In this document: positions 8,795 through 18,207 of the stretch, in pieces
Numbering within the stretch: the stretch's first letter is position 1
How the letters are laid out: every line of letters begins with the position of its first letter
Assembly (NCBI GenBank): GCA_048887225.1
Contig: JBHLJY010000018.1
Span: forward strand, 1-47,999
Direction: 5' to 3'
DNA: 47,999 nt
From: Candidatus Hodarchaeota archaeon
GTDB lineage: Archaea; Asgardarchaeota; Lokiarchaeia; Sigyniarchaeales; SOKP01
Made by a program: the position numbers and the translations under genes
The notes under the pieces: generated by a model
The model's database searches: none
The model's input: the letters and a program-made list of their open reading frames with translations, nothing else
Told to the model about the DNA's origin: nothing

Positions 8795-9712
8795 TTAGGA
8801 GAAATACTCCTCAATATTGTCTGGCATTATTAATATTTCAGAAATAATTTGAGAGAACTCAATCTTAGAAAGCCCATCTTTACTCATTATTAGCTTTGCT
8901 AGATCGTTATATTTTTTTTGAATGGGAGATTTTGCCATGTTTTTAAGTTTTGTACTAAAAGAGTAGAGATTTAAATAGGCCTCTTTATAATTCTTTTCTT
9001 TCAAAGCTTCTTTTGTCTTACCCAGATAATATTTTAATTTAATCTGTCTATCTTTAACCTCATCTTTTACTTCTTTTGATATTTTTTGATATTTGAGAAG
9101 TTCATCTGTCTCATTTAGTTTCTCTAAAATATCTAATAATCTGTCGTGGATCCTTGATTTTATTAATAAATTGTCCTCACTTTCTAAATTTGTTTCCAAA
9201 TCTTCTTTTTCCTCTATTAATTGCCCTCTTAAATTTGCCGAAATTTCTCCTCTTTGGGCCCATATGGATTTAAAAACATTCGCTTTTTGTTCTAATAGAG
9301 TAGCATCAATTACTTTTGTACTTGAACGAATTAAATCATTTACATCATCATCAAATTGTTTAAATTGTTCAGATGTGCGTTCAGATTCAATAAATAAATC
9401 TTTATTATTTATAATAATTCCTTTTATTTGCTGTAATATTCTACTGGATGCCTTATCATCCTCCTCATCCATAACCATAACCAATTCTGAATTAGTATCA
9501 GTAATGTGAGTAAGTACAACGTGATATTCTCCTAAATTAATTGCCTTTAATGTACTAGAGCCATCGAATTGCATTCTCGCAATAATGGTCTTTAAAGCAA
9601 TTAAAAAACTCTGAAAGATTTCCAGTTTTTCGTCATCCATTTCTAGAAAAAAGACTTTATCGTATAAGAGAGTTCCAGTTTCACTCTGAAAAATAAAAAA
9701 ACCGTTTAGCAT
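8795..9712 (-). CDS. Longin-like N-terminal domain plus helical/coiled-coil C-terminus
   Basis: N-terminal MLNGFFIFQSETGTLLYDKVF matches the longin beta-hairpin start. Confidence 0.6.
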   Translation of the reverse strand: MLNGFFIFQSETGTLLYDKVFFLEMDDEKLEIFQSFLIALKTIIARMQFDGSSTLKAINLGEYHVVLTHITDTNSELVMVMDEEDDKASSRILQQIKGIIINNKDLFIESERTSEQFKQFDDDVNDLIRSSTKVIDATLLEQKANVFKSIWAQRGEISANLRGQLIEEKEDLETNLESEDNLLIKSRIHDRLLDILEKLNETDELLKYQKISKEVKDEVKDRQIKLKYYLGKTKEALKEKNYKEAYLNLYSFSTKLKNMAKSPIQKKYNDLAKLIMSKDGLSKIEFSQIISEILIMPDNIEEYFS

Positions 9713-9919
9713 TCTTCTGGATCCCTAATCGCTTTTAATATCAAAATTCAGATTAATTTGAATAATTAAAATAAATAATAATACACTTTTTATAATGAAA
9801 TAGAATTCATTTTTAAATATATTTATTTGTTTTCCCTTTTAATAATTTATAGGGGTTATGTTTAAAATAACCTAATTCCATTATATTGTGTTAAGTTGAC
9901 GCTTCCTTAGGTGATTATT

Positions 9920-11830
9920 ATGTCCATTAAGTTAAGTGATGAAATAAAGTCTATATTAAAAAGATATAGCAAAAAGCGAGTTTCGCTTGAAAATGCCATT
10001 AGTAATTTTGTAAACCCCGGCAATAGAATTTTTATTGATTCTGGATGTGCTGAGCCAATTGATCTCACAAAAAAATTAATTGAGTTAGGTCCAGAATTAC
10101 CAGATGTAGAAATTTTGCATTTTTTAAGTCTTTCTGACCTTGACTACTATGAAACTGCTGGTGGACTTGAAGATCTCTTTAGACATAATGCATTTTTCAT
10201 TGGAAAATCTCTTAGAAAATATGTAAAAGCTGGACAGGCAGATTACACACCTATGCTTTTATCGGAAATACCTATGTTTTTTAAGCGTGGTCAAATGCAT
10301 GTAGATACTACATTAATACAAGTCAGTCCTCCAGATAAATATGGTTTTTGTAGTTATGGAATAAATGTTGATATTGTTAAATCGATTGCAGAAGCAGCAG
10401 AATGTGTAGTAGCAGAAATAAATCCAAACATGCCGCGAACATTAGGAGATTCATTCATTCATATGGATGATATTGACGCTTTTATTATATCTAACCACGA
10501 TATAATCGAATTTTTATATGGAGAACCTGATAACGTGGCAAAAAAAATTGCTAAATACGTAGCTTCTTTAATTGAAGACGAATCCACTATTCAAATGGGA
10601 ATAGGCCAAATTCCAAACGCCGTAACAGCCGAACTTATAGAAAAAAAGGATCTTGGTATCCATAGTGAAGTGTTTTCGGAGGGAATAGTCGATTTAGTTG
10701 AAAAAGGCGTTGTAACATGTAAAAAAAAGACTATTCATAGGGATAAAATTATTTGCTCCTTTGTTATGGGCTCAAGAAGACTATATGATTTTGTTGATGA
10801 TAATCCAATGGTAGAATTTCATCCCTCAGAATATTGTAACGATCCTTATATAATTAGCCAAAATAATAAACAAATAGCTATAAACGCTGCACTTACGGTT
10901 GATTTAACAGGACAAGTAAATTCAGATTCCCTTGGACATCGATTTTATAGTGGTATAGGAGGTCAAGTTGATTTTATTAGAGGTGCTGGTCGTGCAAAAG
11001 ATGGAAAACCCATAATGGTTGTTCCAAGCACTGCTATTTTAGAAGATGGAACGGTTGTTTCTCGTATAGTCCCTCACCTTCAACTTGGCTCTGGGGTTGT
11101 CATTACTCGTGGTGATGTCCATTATGTTGTAACAGAATGGGGCATAGCTTATCTATACGGAAAAAATATACGCGAGAGGGTTTTACAAATGATAAATATT
11201 GCCCATCCAAAATTTCGAGCAGAATTATTAGAACATGCGAAAAAATGGAATTACGTTTATTCAGATCAAAAGTTATCCGTTTCGGTTGATGGGAGAATCT
11301 GTCTTTACCCAAATAAATATGAAACCATCCTTACTTTAAAAAATGGCAAAAAAATCCTAATCCGTCCTGTGAAACCAACTGATGAGCGAATGATTCAAGA
11401 GCTTCATTATTCATTAGATGAACATGACAGATATTTTCGATTTTTTTCGCCAGTTCGAGATTTTCGTCATAAAAATATACAACCTATGGTCATTATTAAT
11501 TATACCAAAGATATGATATTAGTAGGAGAAATTACAGAAGAAGGAGAACAAAAAATTATTGCGTTAGCTGGATATTTTAAAACATTTAATCCATCAATTG
11601 CTGAATTATCGTTTGTAGTTCACAAGGATTGGCGGGGGTGTGGAATTACAAAATTTCTATTGAATTATCTTGTAAAAATTGCAAGAGAACATAATTATAA
11701 GTCATTTAGTGGGAGTATTTTACTTGAAAATAAAGCTATGTTGCATATCATAAATAATGCTGGATACAACTTTACATTTAAAAACATCGAAGGTGGAGTT
11801 ATAGAATTTGCAATAGACATTTCATTATAA
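9920..11830 (+). CDS. Acetyl-CoA hydrolase/CoA-transferase fused to a C-terminal GNAT domain
   Basis: QMGIGQIP, GIHSE, SGIGGQVDF and VVTEWG motifs; GNAT motif A VHKDWRGCGIT; the GTG at 9911 overlaps the SD, so ATG 9920 is preferred. Confidence 0.9.
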   Translation: MSIKLSDEIKSILKRYSKKRVSLENAISNFVNPGNRIFIDSGCAEPIDLTKKLIELGPELPDVEILHFLSLSDLDYYETAGGLEDLFRHNAFFIGKSLRKYVKAGQADYTPMLLSEIPMFFKRGQMHVDTTLIQVSPPDKYGFCSYGINVDIVKSIAEAAECVVAEINPNMPRTLGDSFIHMDDIDAFIISNHDIIEFLYGEPDNVAKKIAKYVASLIEDESTIQMGIGQIPNAVTAELIEKKDLGIHSEVFSEGIVDLVEKGVVTCKKKTIHRDKIICSFVMGSRRLYDFVDDNPMVEFHPSEYCNDPYIISQNNKQIAINAALTVDLTGQVNSDSLGHRFYSGIGGQVDFIRGAGRAKDGKPIMVVPSTAILEDGTVVSRIVPHLQLGSGVVITRGDVHYVVTEWGIAYLYGKNIRERVLQMINIAHPKFRAELLEHAKKWNYVYSDQKLSVSVDGRICLYPNKYETILTLKNGKKILIRPVKPTDERMIQELHYSLDEHDRYFRFFSPVRDFRHKNIQPMVIINYTKDMILVGEITEEGEQKIIALAGYFKTFNPSIAELSFVVHKDWRGCGITKFLLNYLVKIAREHNYKSFSGSILLENKAMLHIINNAGYNFTFKNIEGGVIEFAIDISL

Positions 11831-11881
11831 TTTAATCATTAGCAAATAACTGATTAGATATATTAATCAAATATAAGAAAG

Positions 11882-12739
11882 ATGCTCATTACTGAATTTC
11901 ATAAATTATATGATACGAAAGGATTAAAATCTGAAATTATTCATTCATTTCAGAAAATAATTTATTCATATTTTAAACAAAATAGACGAGATTTCCCGTT
12001 TAGGAAAGGCATAACACCATATAAAGTGGTTATTTCAGAAATGATGTTGCAACAAACCCAAACGGGGAGAGTTTCCGAAAAATTTGTTAAATTTATTAGA
12101 CAATTTCCAGATTTTCAGACACTTTCAAAAGCGCCTTTAGAAAAAGTATTAAAAGCCTGGCAGGGATTAGGATATAACCGTAGAGCAAAGGCTTTGAAAG
12201 AAATTGCTGAAAAAATTATTAATGAATATAGTGGAAAGCTTCCTAAAACTGTTCAAACCTTAAAAACATTTCCACAGATCGGACACAACACAGCGTCATC
12301 AATTTCGACATTTGCATTTAATAAACCAAATATTTTTATCGAAACTAATATAAGAAGAGTGTTTCTTTACTTTTTTTTTCCAACAAAAACCAGAGTTAAA
12401 GATAGCGAAATTTTACCTATTGTAGAAAAAACAATTGATAAAAATAATCCTCGAGAATGGTATTATGCCCTTATGGATTATGGATTCATGCTTTCAAAGA
12501 AACATCCCGAATTAAATAAAAAAAGTGCTCATTATCGAAAACAATCACCATTTAAAGGATCTAATAGAGAAATCCGTGGATTAATTTTAAAGCTTTTAAT
12601 TGATAATAGAGCTTTAGCTAAATCTGAAATTATTAAAAATTTAGATTACCCCCCTGAAAGAATACAAAAAGTCATTTCACAATTGAAAAAAGAGGGTTTT
12701 ATAAGACGCAGAAATAATGTATTAACCCTTGCTAAATAA
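11882..12739 (+). CDS. mutY: A/G-specific adenine glycosylase (Fe-S-less MutY type, C-terminal wHTH)
   Basis: VISEMMLQQTQ, WQGLGYNRRA, HhH and ALMDYG motifs; no Cys cluster motif. Confidence 0.85.
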   Translation: MLITEFHKLYDTKGLKSEIIHSFQKIIYSYFKQNRRDFPFRKGITPYKVVISEMMLQQTQTGRVSEKFVKFIRQFPDFQTLSKAPLEKVLKAWQGLGYNRRAKALKEIAEKIINEYSGKLPKTVQTLKTFPQIGHNTASSISTFAFNKPNIFIETNIRRVFLYFFFPTKTRVKDSEILPIVEKTIDKNNPREWYYALMDYGFMLSKKHPELNKKSAHYRKQSPFKGSNREIRGLILKLLIDNRALAKSEIIKNLDYPPERIQKVISQLKKEGFIRRRNNVLTLAK

Positions 12740-12744
12740 AATAT

Positions 12745-14025
12745 TTACTTAATTTTTTTAGTTTTTAAATACTTAGCGATTTTTAGAGCAACTTTTTCTT
12801 GTTTTCTCCAATCTCCAAACGCAAATCCCTTCAATGTCATTCTTTTAATTTTTTCTTGCAACTCTTTATCAATTCTTTCAGCTGGTTCTTTACCAAATGG
12901 TGTTTGTGGTAATGGTATAAAAGAGTGAGTATGAATTCTTGCTCCCTTTTTAGATAATGTGTCCATCATATTTATTGTAAGCTTAATATCTTCTACATTT
13001 TCATAAGGCAGACCAAAAATAAAATCGACATTTGGCTGTAATCTTGCTTTTAAAGATAATTCGACTGCTTTATAAATGTCTTCAACTGTATGACCTCTAT
13101 GGCATAAATCTAACACTCTCTGGCTTCCTGATTGTGCTCCAATAATGATATTATCATTAGAACCGTAAGTAGTTACCAGTTTTAAAGTTTCTATTGTTAC
13201 ATGTTCAGGCCTTACTTCTGAAGGAAAAGAGCCTATAAAAATTCTTCCTTTTGGGACCATTTCATTTATTTTAACGAATAATTCTTTTAATTTGGGCAAA
13301 TTAATTGTTTTACCATCTAAAGAGCCATACGAAAAAGCATTCGGAGTTATAAATCTTATATCAGTAAGATTTTTACTTTTCATTATTCGAATGTATTTAG
13401 ATATTGAATCAATATTTCTATGTCTTGGATAACCGCCCAAGATATAAGGCGTTTGACAGAAATAACAAAAGTAAGGACACCCCCGTGTGATTTCAATTGG
13501 ACCAAATTTATTATGCTTGACAGGGAACGGTGAATATTTATCTAAATTAATAGGAGCCCTTTTTCCAGTAAAACATATTTCATTATCATCGTTCATATAA
13601 GCAATACCATTTATATCTTTGTAATCTTCATTGTTTCTTATTGATTGGAAAAACTCTATTAAAGTTTCTTCTCCTTCACCAATAAAGATTACGTCAAATC
13701 CTATTTTAAGTGTTCCTAAAGGATCTCCAGTAGGATGGGGTCCGCCAGCTAAATACATTAAATTCTTGCTATACTTTTTTATGAGTTCTTTGATTAATCC
13801 ACTAATCTCCCAAAGTTGTGTTGTAAAAAAAGAAACGCCTAAAATAACTTTATCATATTTTCTTAATAAATCTCTTAAAATAGTGATAAGATTTTCTTTA
13901 GTTTTTATAAAAAAAATATCAATATCATAAATACTATCATCTGACTCTAAAGCTCCAATTAAAGCGTTGAAACTATATTTGTTGTTTTTATGGTAATATA
14001 CAACAAAGGCAATGTTTTTATGCAA
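12745..14025 (-). CDS. B12-binding domain/radical SAM protein (TIGR04013-like)
   Basis: AGGPHPTG, GEGE, EITRGCPYFCYFCQTP, RFITPNAFSYGS and FPSEVRPE. Confidence 0.88.
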   Translation of the reverse strand: MHKNIAFVVYYHKNNKYSFNALIGALESDDSIYDIDIFFIKTKENLITILRDLLRKYDKVILGVSFFTTQLWEISGLIKELIKKYSKNLMYLAGGPHPTGDPLGTLKIGFDVIFIGEGEETLIEFFQSIRNNEDYKDINGIAYMNDDNEICFTGKRAPINLDKYSPFPVKHNKFGPIEITRGCPYFCYFCQTPYILGGYPRHRNIDSISKYIRIMKSKNLTDIRFITPNAFSYGSLDGKTINLPKLKELFVKINEMVPKGRIFIGSFPSEVRPEHVTIETLKLVTTYGSNDNIIIGAQSGSQRVLDLCHRGHTVEDIYKAVELSLKARLQPNVDFIFGLPYENVEDIKLTINMMDTLSKKGARIHTHSFIPLPQTPFGKEPAERIDKELQEKIKRMTLKGFAFGDWRKQEKVALKIAKYLKTKKIK

Positions 14026-14170
14026 ATTATGACTCTCTATTACTATTTTAACTCCTTTGAGAATAATAATTTATTATTAAATCTAAATTAAATTAAATAT
14101 TGGTATCAAAAAGATTTATAAACTAAACTAAAAATAAACTATTTAATTAAGAATTAAAAAAAAAATAAAG

Positions 14171-14659
14171 TTGAAAAATTTAATGCTATTTAACGAGATT
14201 ATTGCTACAACCACAGAGGAGGTTTGTGTCAGTTGGTTCGATTTTTACTCAATAGGTCATATTTGCTTCGGAATAGGTGCTTTTCTGCTTATATCGTTAT
14301 TCTACACAATACCTAAAGCTAAAGGAAAAATTCCATTATTTTCCTTATTATTTGTCTTTATTATTTCTGTAATAATTTTCATTGGTTGGGAGGTTTTAGA
14401 AAATTACTTGTTTTTCTGGTTTGGAATGGATCATCTTAAATTTGAGGGAAGGCCCGATAGCTTGCAAAATATGGCAACTGATATTATTTTAGGAGCCGTT
14501 GGTGCACTTGGAACTTGGCTCTTTGCTTATATGACTTTTGAAAAGGATAAGAAAATTTGGCCATATTACACATTTGGAACAATAAGTTTTTGCTTGTGGT
14601 TAGGCATTTTCATTGTTCTTCGCTATTTGACTCTTATGAATTCCCCAGTAATTGCTTAA
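14171..14659 (+). CDS. Membrane protein with H/WE/DS/D conserved residues (possible intramembrane metal site)
   Basis: Four TM segments; DFYSIGH, WEVLEN and DSLQNMATDI. Confidence 0.65.
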   Translation: MKNLMLFNEIIATTTEEVCVSWFDFYSIGHICFGIGAFLLISLFYTIPKAKGKIPLFSLLFVFIISVIIFIGWEVLENYLFFWFGMDHLKFEGRPDSLQNMATDIILGAVGALGTWLFAYMTFEKDKKIWPYYTFGTISFCLWLGIFIVLRYLTLMNSPVIA

Positions 14660-14697
14660 TTTCTTTTTTTTAATTTTTATTTCAATGCACTCTTAAT

Positions 14698-15471
14698 ATG
14701 TCTAATCTAAAAAAATTTTTAGAATTTGAAATAGGCGCTATCCCTTTAATAATCTCAGTTCCTCATGGTGGCACATTAGAGTATAGAAACATTCCTATAA
14801 GGTCTAAAGGCGTTTTGGGAATTGACAAAGCTACAATTGAATTAGCAAAGGAATTCATTTTTTATTTAAAACATAAGTCCAGAAAAATTACTTCTGATCA
14901 ACATTCTCCTTCTTACATACTATCAAAAATAAGGCGCAGTAAAATAGATTTAAATAGAATCGAATCAGAAGCATATGATTCTAATTCAGCTTTAGCGAGA
15001 AAAATTTTTCAGGTTTATCACAAAAAAATTAAGGAAATTATAACACAGAATTTAAGTAAGTTTAGCTATTCGCTCTTGATTGATATCCACGGTTTTGAAA
15101 AACATAAGCGACCACCAGGATTTCGAGACGTTGAGCTTATTTTAGGTACGGATAACTTGGTCTCACTTTTTTCAGAATCTGTTCCTAAAAAAGATTGGGA
15201 TAAAAATATTCGGGGCAAGATAATAAAGAAATTCTTAAAATTAGGCATTCCAATAGCGCCGGGTCATCCAAGAAGGAGAGAGTATGTTTTAACAGGAGGT
15301 TATATTATTAAACAATATGGAGCTGCTCAAATTCCAAGAAGTCAAGCAATACAAATAGAATTTTCAGATCGAATACGGTTTCATGATAAGGAACTACGAG
15401 ATAAAGTTTTAAAAGCTCTCACTGAAGTTATTTTACCCAATGTGTTAGAGAAAAATAATAATATTATGTAA
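14698..15471 (+). CDS. N-formylglutamate amidohydrolase family
   Basis: ISVPHGG, IDLNR, YH, LIDIHG, LILGT, GGYII and AIQIE. Confidence 0.8.
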   Translation: MSNLKKFLEFEIGAIPLIISVPHGGTLEYRNIPIRSKGVLGIDKATIELAKEFIFYLKHKSRKITSDQHSPSYILSKIRRSKIDLNRIESEAYDSNSALARKIFQVYHKKIKEIITQNLSKFSYSLLIDIHGFEKHKRPPGFRDVELILGTDNLVSLFSESVPKKDWDKNIRGKIIKKFLKLGIPIAPGHPRRREYVLTGGYIIKQYGAAQIPRSQAIQIEFSDRIRFHDKELRDKVLKALTEVILPNVLEKNNNIM

Positions 15472-15589
15472 AACTATTTTTTTTTTAATAGAATCTTTTA
15501 TTTCTGAGAAAGGAACATATTCTTTTATAAATTTTTGAATATTTAGATTTATCATAGAATTTTCTGAAAAATGGGTTTTTTTAAGAACG

Positions 15590-15937
15590 ATGAATGACCA
15601 CGATTCGTATGATATTGAAGATATAGAAGCATTTATAAAAGGTTTAAAAGATACACTCGATGCTTTAGACGAAAAGGATCTAAAAAATTCTCAAGGATTA
15701 CAAATACAGTTTGCAAAAGCAATATCTCTCCTTCGTCAAAAAAAAACTGCTAAAATTGAAAAGATTCCTGTTCTTGATTTTAAAACTCCAGCTTCTAGAG
15801 AAATTTTAAAGAACTTTTTATTAAATAAATTAGAATTTTTAAAAAATCACTTGGATTCTGAAGAGATACCAATCTCTAAAAAATTTAACCTTGTCATGCA
15901 AATTGCAAAATTGAGAGAAAAAATTAATAGTTTATGA
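15590..15937 (+). CDS. Hypothetical protein
   Basis: 115-aa helical ORF. Confidence 0.6.
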   Translation: MNDHDSYDIEDIEAFIKGLKDTLDALDEKDLKNSQGLQIQFAKAISLLRQKKTAKIEKIPVLDFKTPASREILKNFLLNKLEFLKNHLDSEEIPISKKFNLVMQIAKLREKINSL

Positions 15938-16009
15938 ACAAAATTTTCATATTTCTGAATTTTTCATAATTAAACTTGAAATTTAAATAAAAAATCTGAA
16001 TTTCTTAAA

Positions 16010-16768
16010 ATGTTAATTGATATACACTGTCATTGTAATCTCTATTTAAATTTGAATGAGATAATTAAAGAAGCTAAAGATGTTGGTGTCCAAAAAATTA
16101 TATCTGTTGGAATGTCTGCGTTAGGTTTAGAAAGAGTTGTAGACATCTCAACTAAAGATAAGTCAATATATCCTGCACTTGGAATTCATCCTGAAGAAGT
16201 ACAGATGAACAAGGATATTGAAGGACAGTTAGATTCTGTGATAAAATATATCCAAAGGAATAAAAAGAAAATAGTAGCAATTGGTGAAATTGGTCTAGAT
16301 CATTATTTTGTTAAGGACAAGAAGCTTTATCCATTACAGAAGCAAATTTTTGACAAAATGCTTTTACTTGCGCAAAAATTAGAATTACCAGTCAATATAC
16401 ATACTAAAGGAGCAGAACAAATTGTTTTTGATTCATTACCTTCGTATAACATTCCTGATATAAATATTCACTGGTATTCAGGACCAGAGCATTTATTAAA
16501 GTTAGGCATTGAAAGAGGATATTATTTTTCTATTACTCCCGCCATCTCCTATTCTCCAGCAGTTAAAAAGACTGTAATGATGGTTAATAAAGACCATCTC
16601 TTATTAGAAAGTGATGGCCCCGTTAAATATTCAGGAAATATTGGCACGCCAGCAATGATTAGAGATGTTTTAAACATAATTTCTAAACTTAAGGATATTC
16701 ATCAAGACGAATTGGAAGAACAAATATTTGAAAATACAAAAAAAGTTTTTCCCTTGATTTTTAAATAA
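16010..16768 (+). CDS. tatD: TatD family nuclease
   Basis: IDIHCH, GIHP, AIGEIGLD, H-W-Y-S-G and LLESDGP. Confidence 0.92.
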   Translation: MLIDIHCHCNLYLNLNEIIKEAKDVGVQKIISVGMSALGLERVVDISTKDKSIYPALGIHPEEVQMNKDIEGQLDSVIKYIQRNKKKIVAIGEIGLDHYFVKDKKLYPLQKQIFDKMLLLAQKLELPVNIHTKGAEQIVFDSLPSYNIPDINIHWYSGPEHLLKLGIERGYYFSITPAISYSPAVKKTVMMVNKDHLLLESDGPVKYSGNIGTPAMIRDVLNIISKLKDIHQDELEEQIFENTKKVFPLIFK

Positions 16769-16893
16769 TAAATTTATTCTAATATTCTAAATGAAGTATA
16801 AGTATACGAATTATTATATATTAGAATATCAAAGTCTATACAACTTTTGAAAAAATAAATTTCATTTGATATATATAGGTGATATTAAATAAA

Positions 16894-18183
16894 ATGGTTA
16901 AAAAACAGCCAGCTTGGTATGAAGCTGATATGATCAAGGAATTGATGCCCCTTAGGGGTGCCAAAGCCATGATTGGTATAACATCTAATTTTTTCTCATC
17001 GAGGATATATAAAGGTAAAACAAGTCTAATTCAAGCTATTAGATATTTAGAGGCGATACTCGAAAGTGAAGATAGAAGAGCATTAATTATCACAGATTCT
17101 TTTACTCAAAAATTTGCTGAAAAAGTTACAGAAAACCTTGATCTTATTGATATGGAATATAAAATATGGTCAGGTGCGATACCAGAAGTGCCACTTCATA
17201 GTATTGATGAGGGCGCAAAAATTTGCGAAGAATTTAAACCAAAAATAATTATTGCTATTGGAGGCGGCAGTGTTTTGGATACAGCTAAAATGGTTATGAT
17301 AAAATATGAAAAACCACAACAAAATCTTTTCATGATTTTGCCAATTGGACCTTTAGGATTACGTAAAAAATTAAAATATTTTATCGCAATCCCTACCACA
17401 TCAGGAACAGGTTCCGAAGTTACCCAATTTGCAGTAATTTCAGATACAAATAGAGATCCTCCCAAAAAATTAGTGGTTATGAGTAACGAGTTGTTTTCGG
17501 ATATAACTATTTTAGATACTGATTTTGTAAAAGATATGCCACCTTTTTTGACAATGGCAACAGGTCTAGATGCGCTTGCACATGCGGTTGGATGTTATAT
17601 TTCAAATTATGGAACTCCTTACATTGACGCATTAACTTCAACTGCAATAAAAGAAATAGTAAAATATCTCCCACGAGCCTATAAATATGGCGCAAAAGAT
17701 ATAGAAGCGCGGGATCACATGCAAATGGCATCATTGATGGCAGGAATAGGATTTGGGAATACAGTAGCCGGAATTGAACATTCATTAGGACATAGTTTTG
17801 GAAAAGTGTTTAATTTACATCATGGCCTATGTGTAGGTTTGTTTCTGCCTTATTCTGTCGCTTTCCAGGCAAAAGTTACTGATAATTGGAAGCTATTGTG
17901 TCCAATTTTTAATATTGAAATTGAAAATAAGAACAGAGAAGATGTTTTAAATGAATTTCTTCAAGCTCTTAAAGATTTTTTATACTCTATTGATGCCCCT
18001 GCATGTATAAAAGATTTAAAAGATCCAGTGATAAGTAAAGAAGAATTTATGGAAAAACTAGATTTATTAGCTGAATATGCTGATGATGATGCTTCTAGTC
18101 TCGCTTCTAATCGTTCAGTTAATCTCACACTGTTTAAAAAAATATTTGAATACGCATGGGATGGAAAAAATATTGATTTTTAA
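16894..18183 (+). CDS. Iron-containing alcohol dehydrogenase
   Basis: GGGSVLDTAK, IPTTSGTGSE, GLDALAHA and HSLGH...HG; the GTG at 16879 overlaps the SD, so ATG 16894 is preferred. Confidence 0.9.
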   Translation: MVKKQPAWYEADMIKELMPLRGAKAMIGITSNFFSSRIYKGKTSLIQAIRYLEAILESEDRRALIITDSFTQKFAEKVTENLDLIDMEYKIWSGAIPEVPLHSIDEGAKICEEFKPKIIIAIGGGSVLDTAKMVMIKYEKPQQNLFMILPIGPLGLRKKLKYFIAIPTTSGTGSEVTQFAVISDTNRDPPKKLVVMSNELFSDITILDTDFVKDMPPFLTMATGLDALAHAVGCYISNYGTPYIDALTSTAIKEIVKYLPRAYKYGAKDIEARDHMQMASLMAGIGFGNTVAGIEHSLGHSFGKVFNLHHGLCVGLFLPYSVAFQAKVTDNWKLLCPIFNIEIENKNREDVLNEFLQALKDFLYSIDAPACIKDLKDPVISKEEFMEKLDLLAEYADDDASSLASNRSVNLTLFKKIFEYAWDGKNIDF

Positions 18184-18207
18184 TAATATAAAAGTTGAGA
18201 GAAAAAG

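Noticed and set aside
9093-9509. 138-aa plus-strand ORF and the other short overlapping ORFs in the track (e.g. 29772-30167, 24757-25083, 29239-29553)
   Set aside because: These are antisense or alternate-frame shadows of well-supported genes, with no SD and no motif.
11882-12739. MutY lacking the 4Fe-4S motif as a novelty
   Set aside because: Cluster-less MutY variants are already known in other anaerobes.
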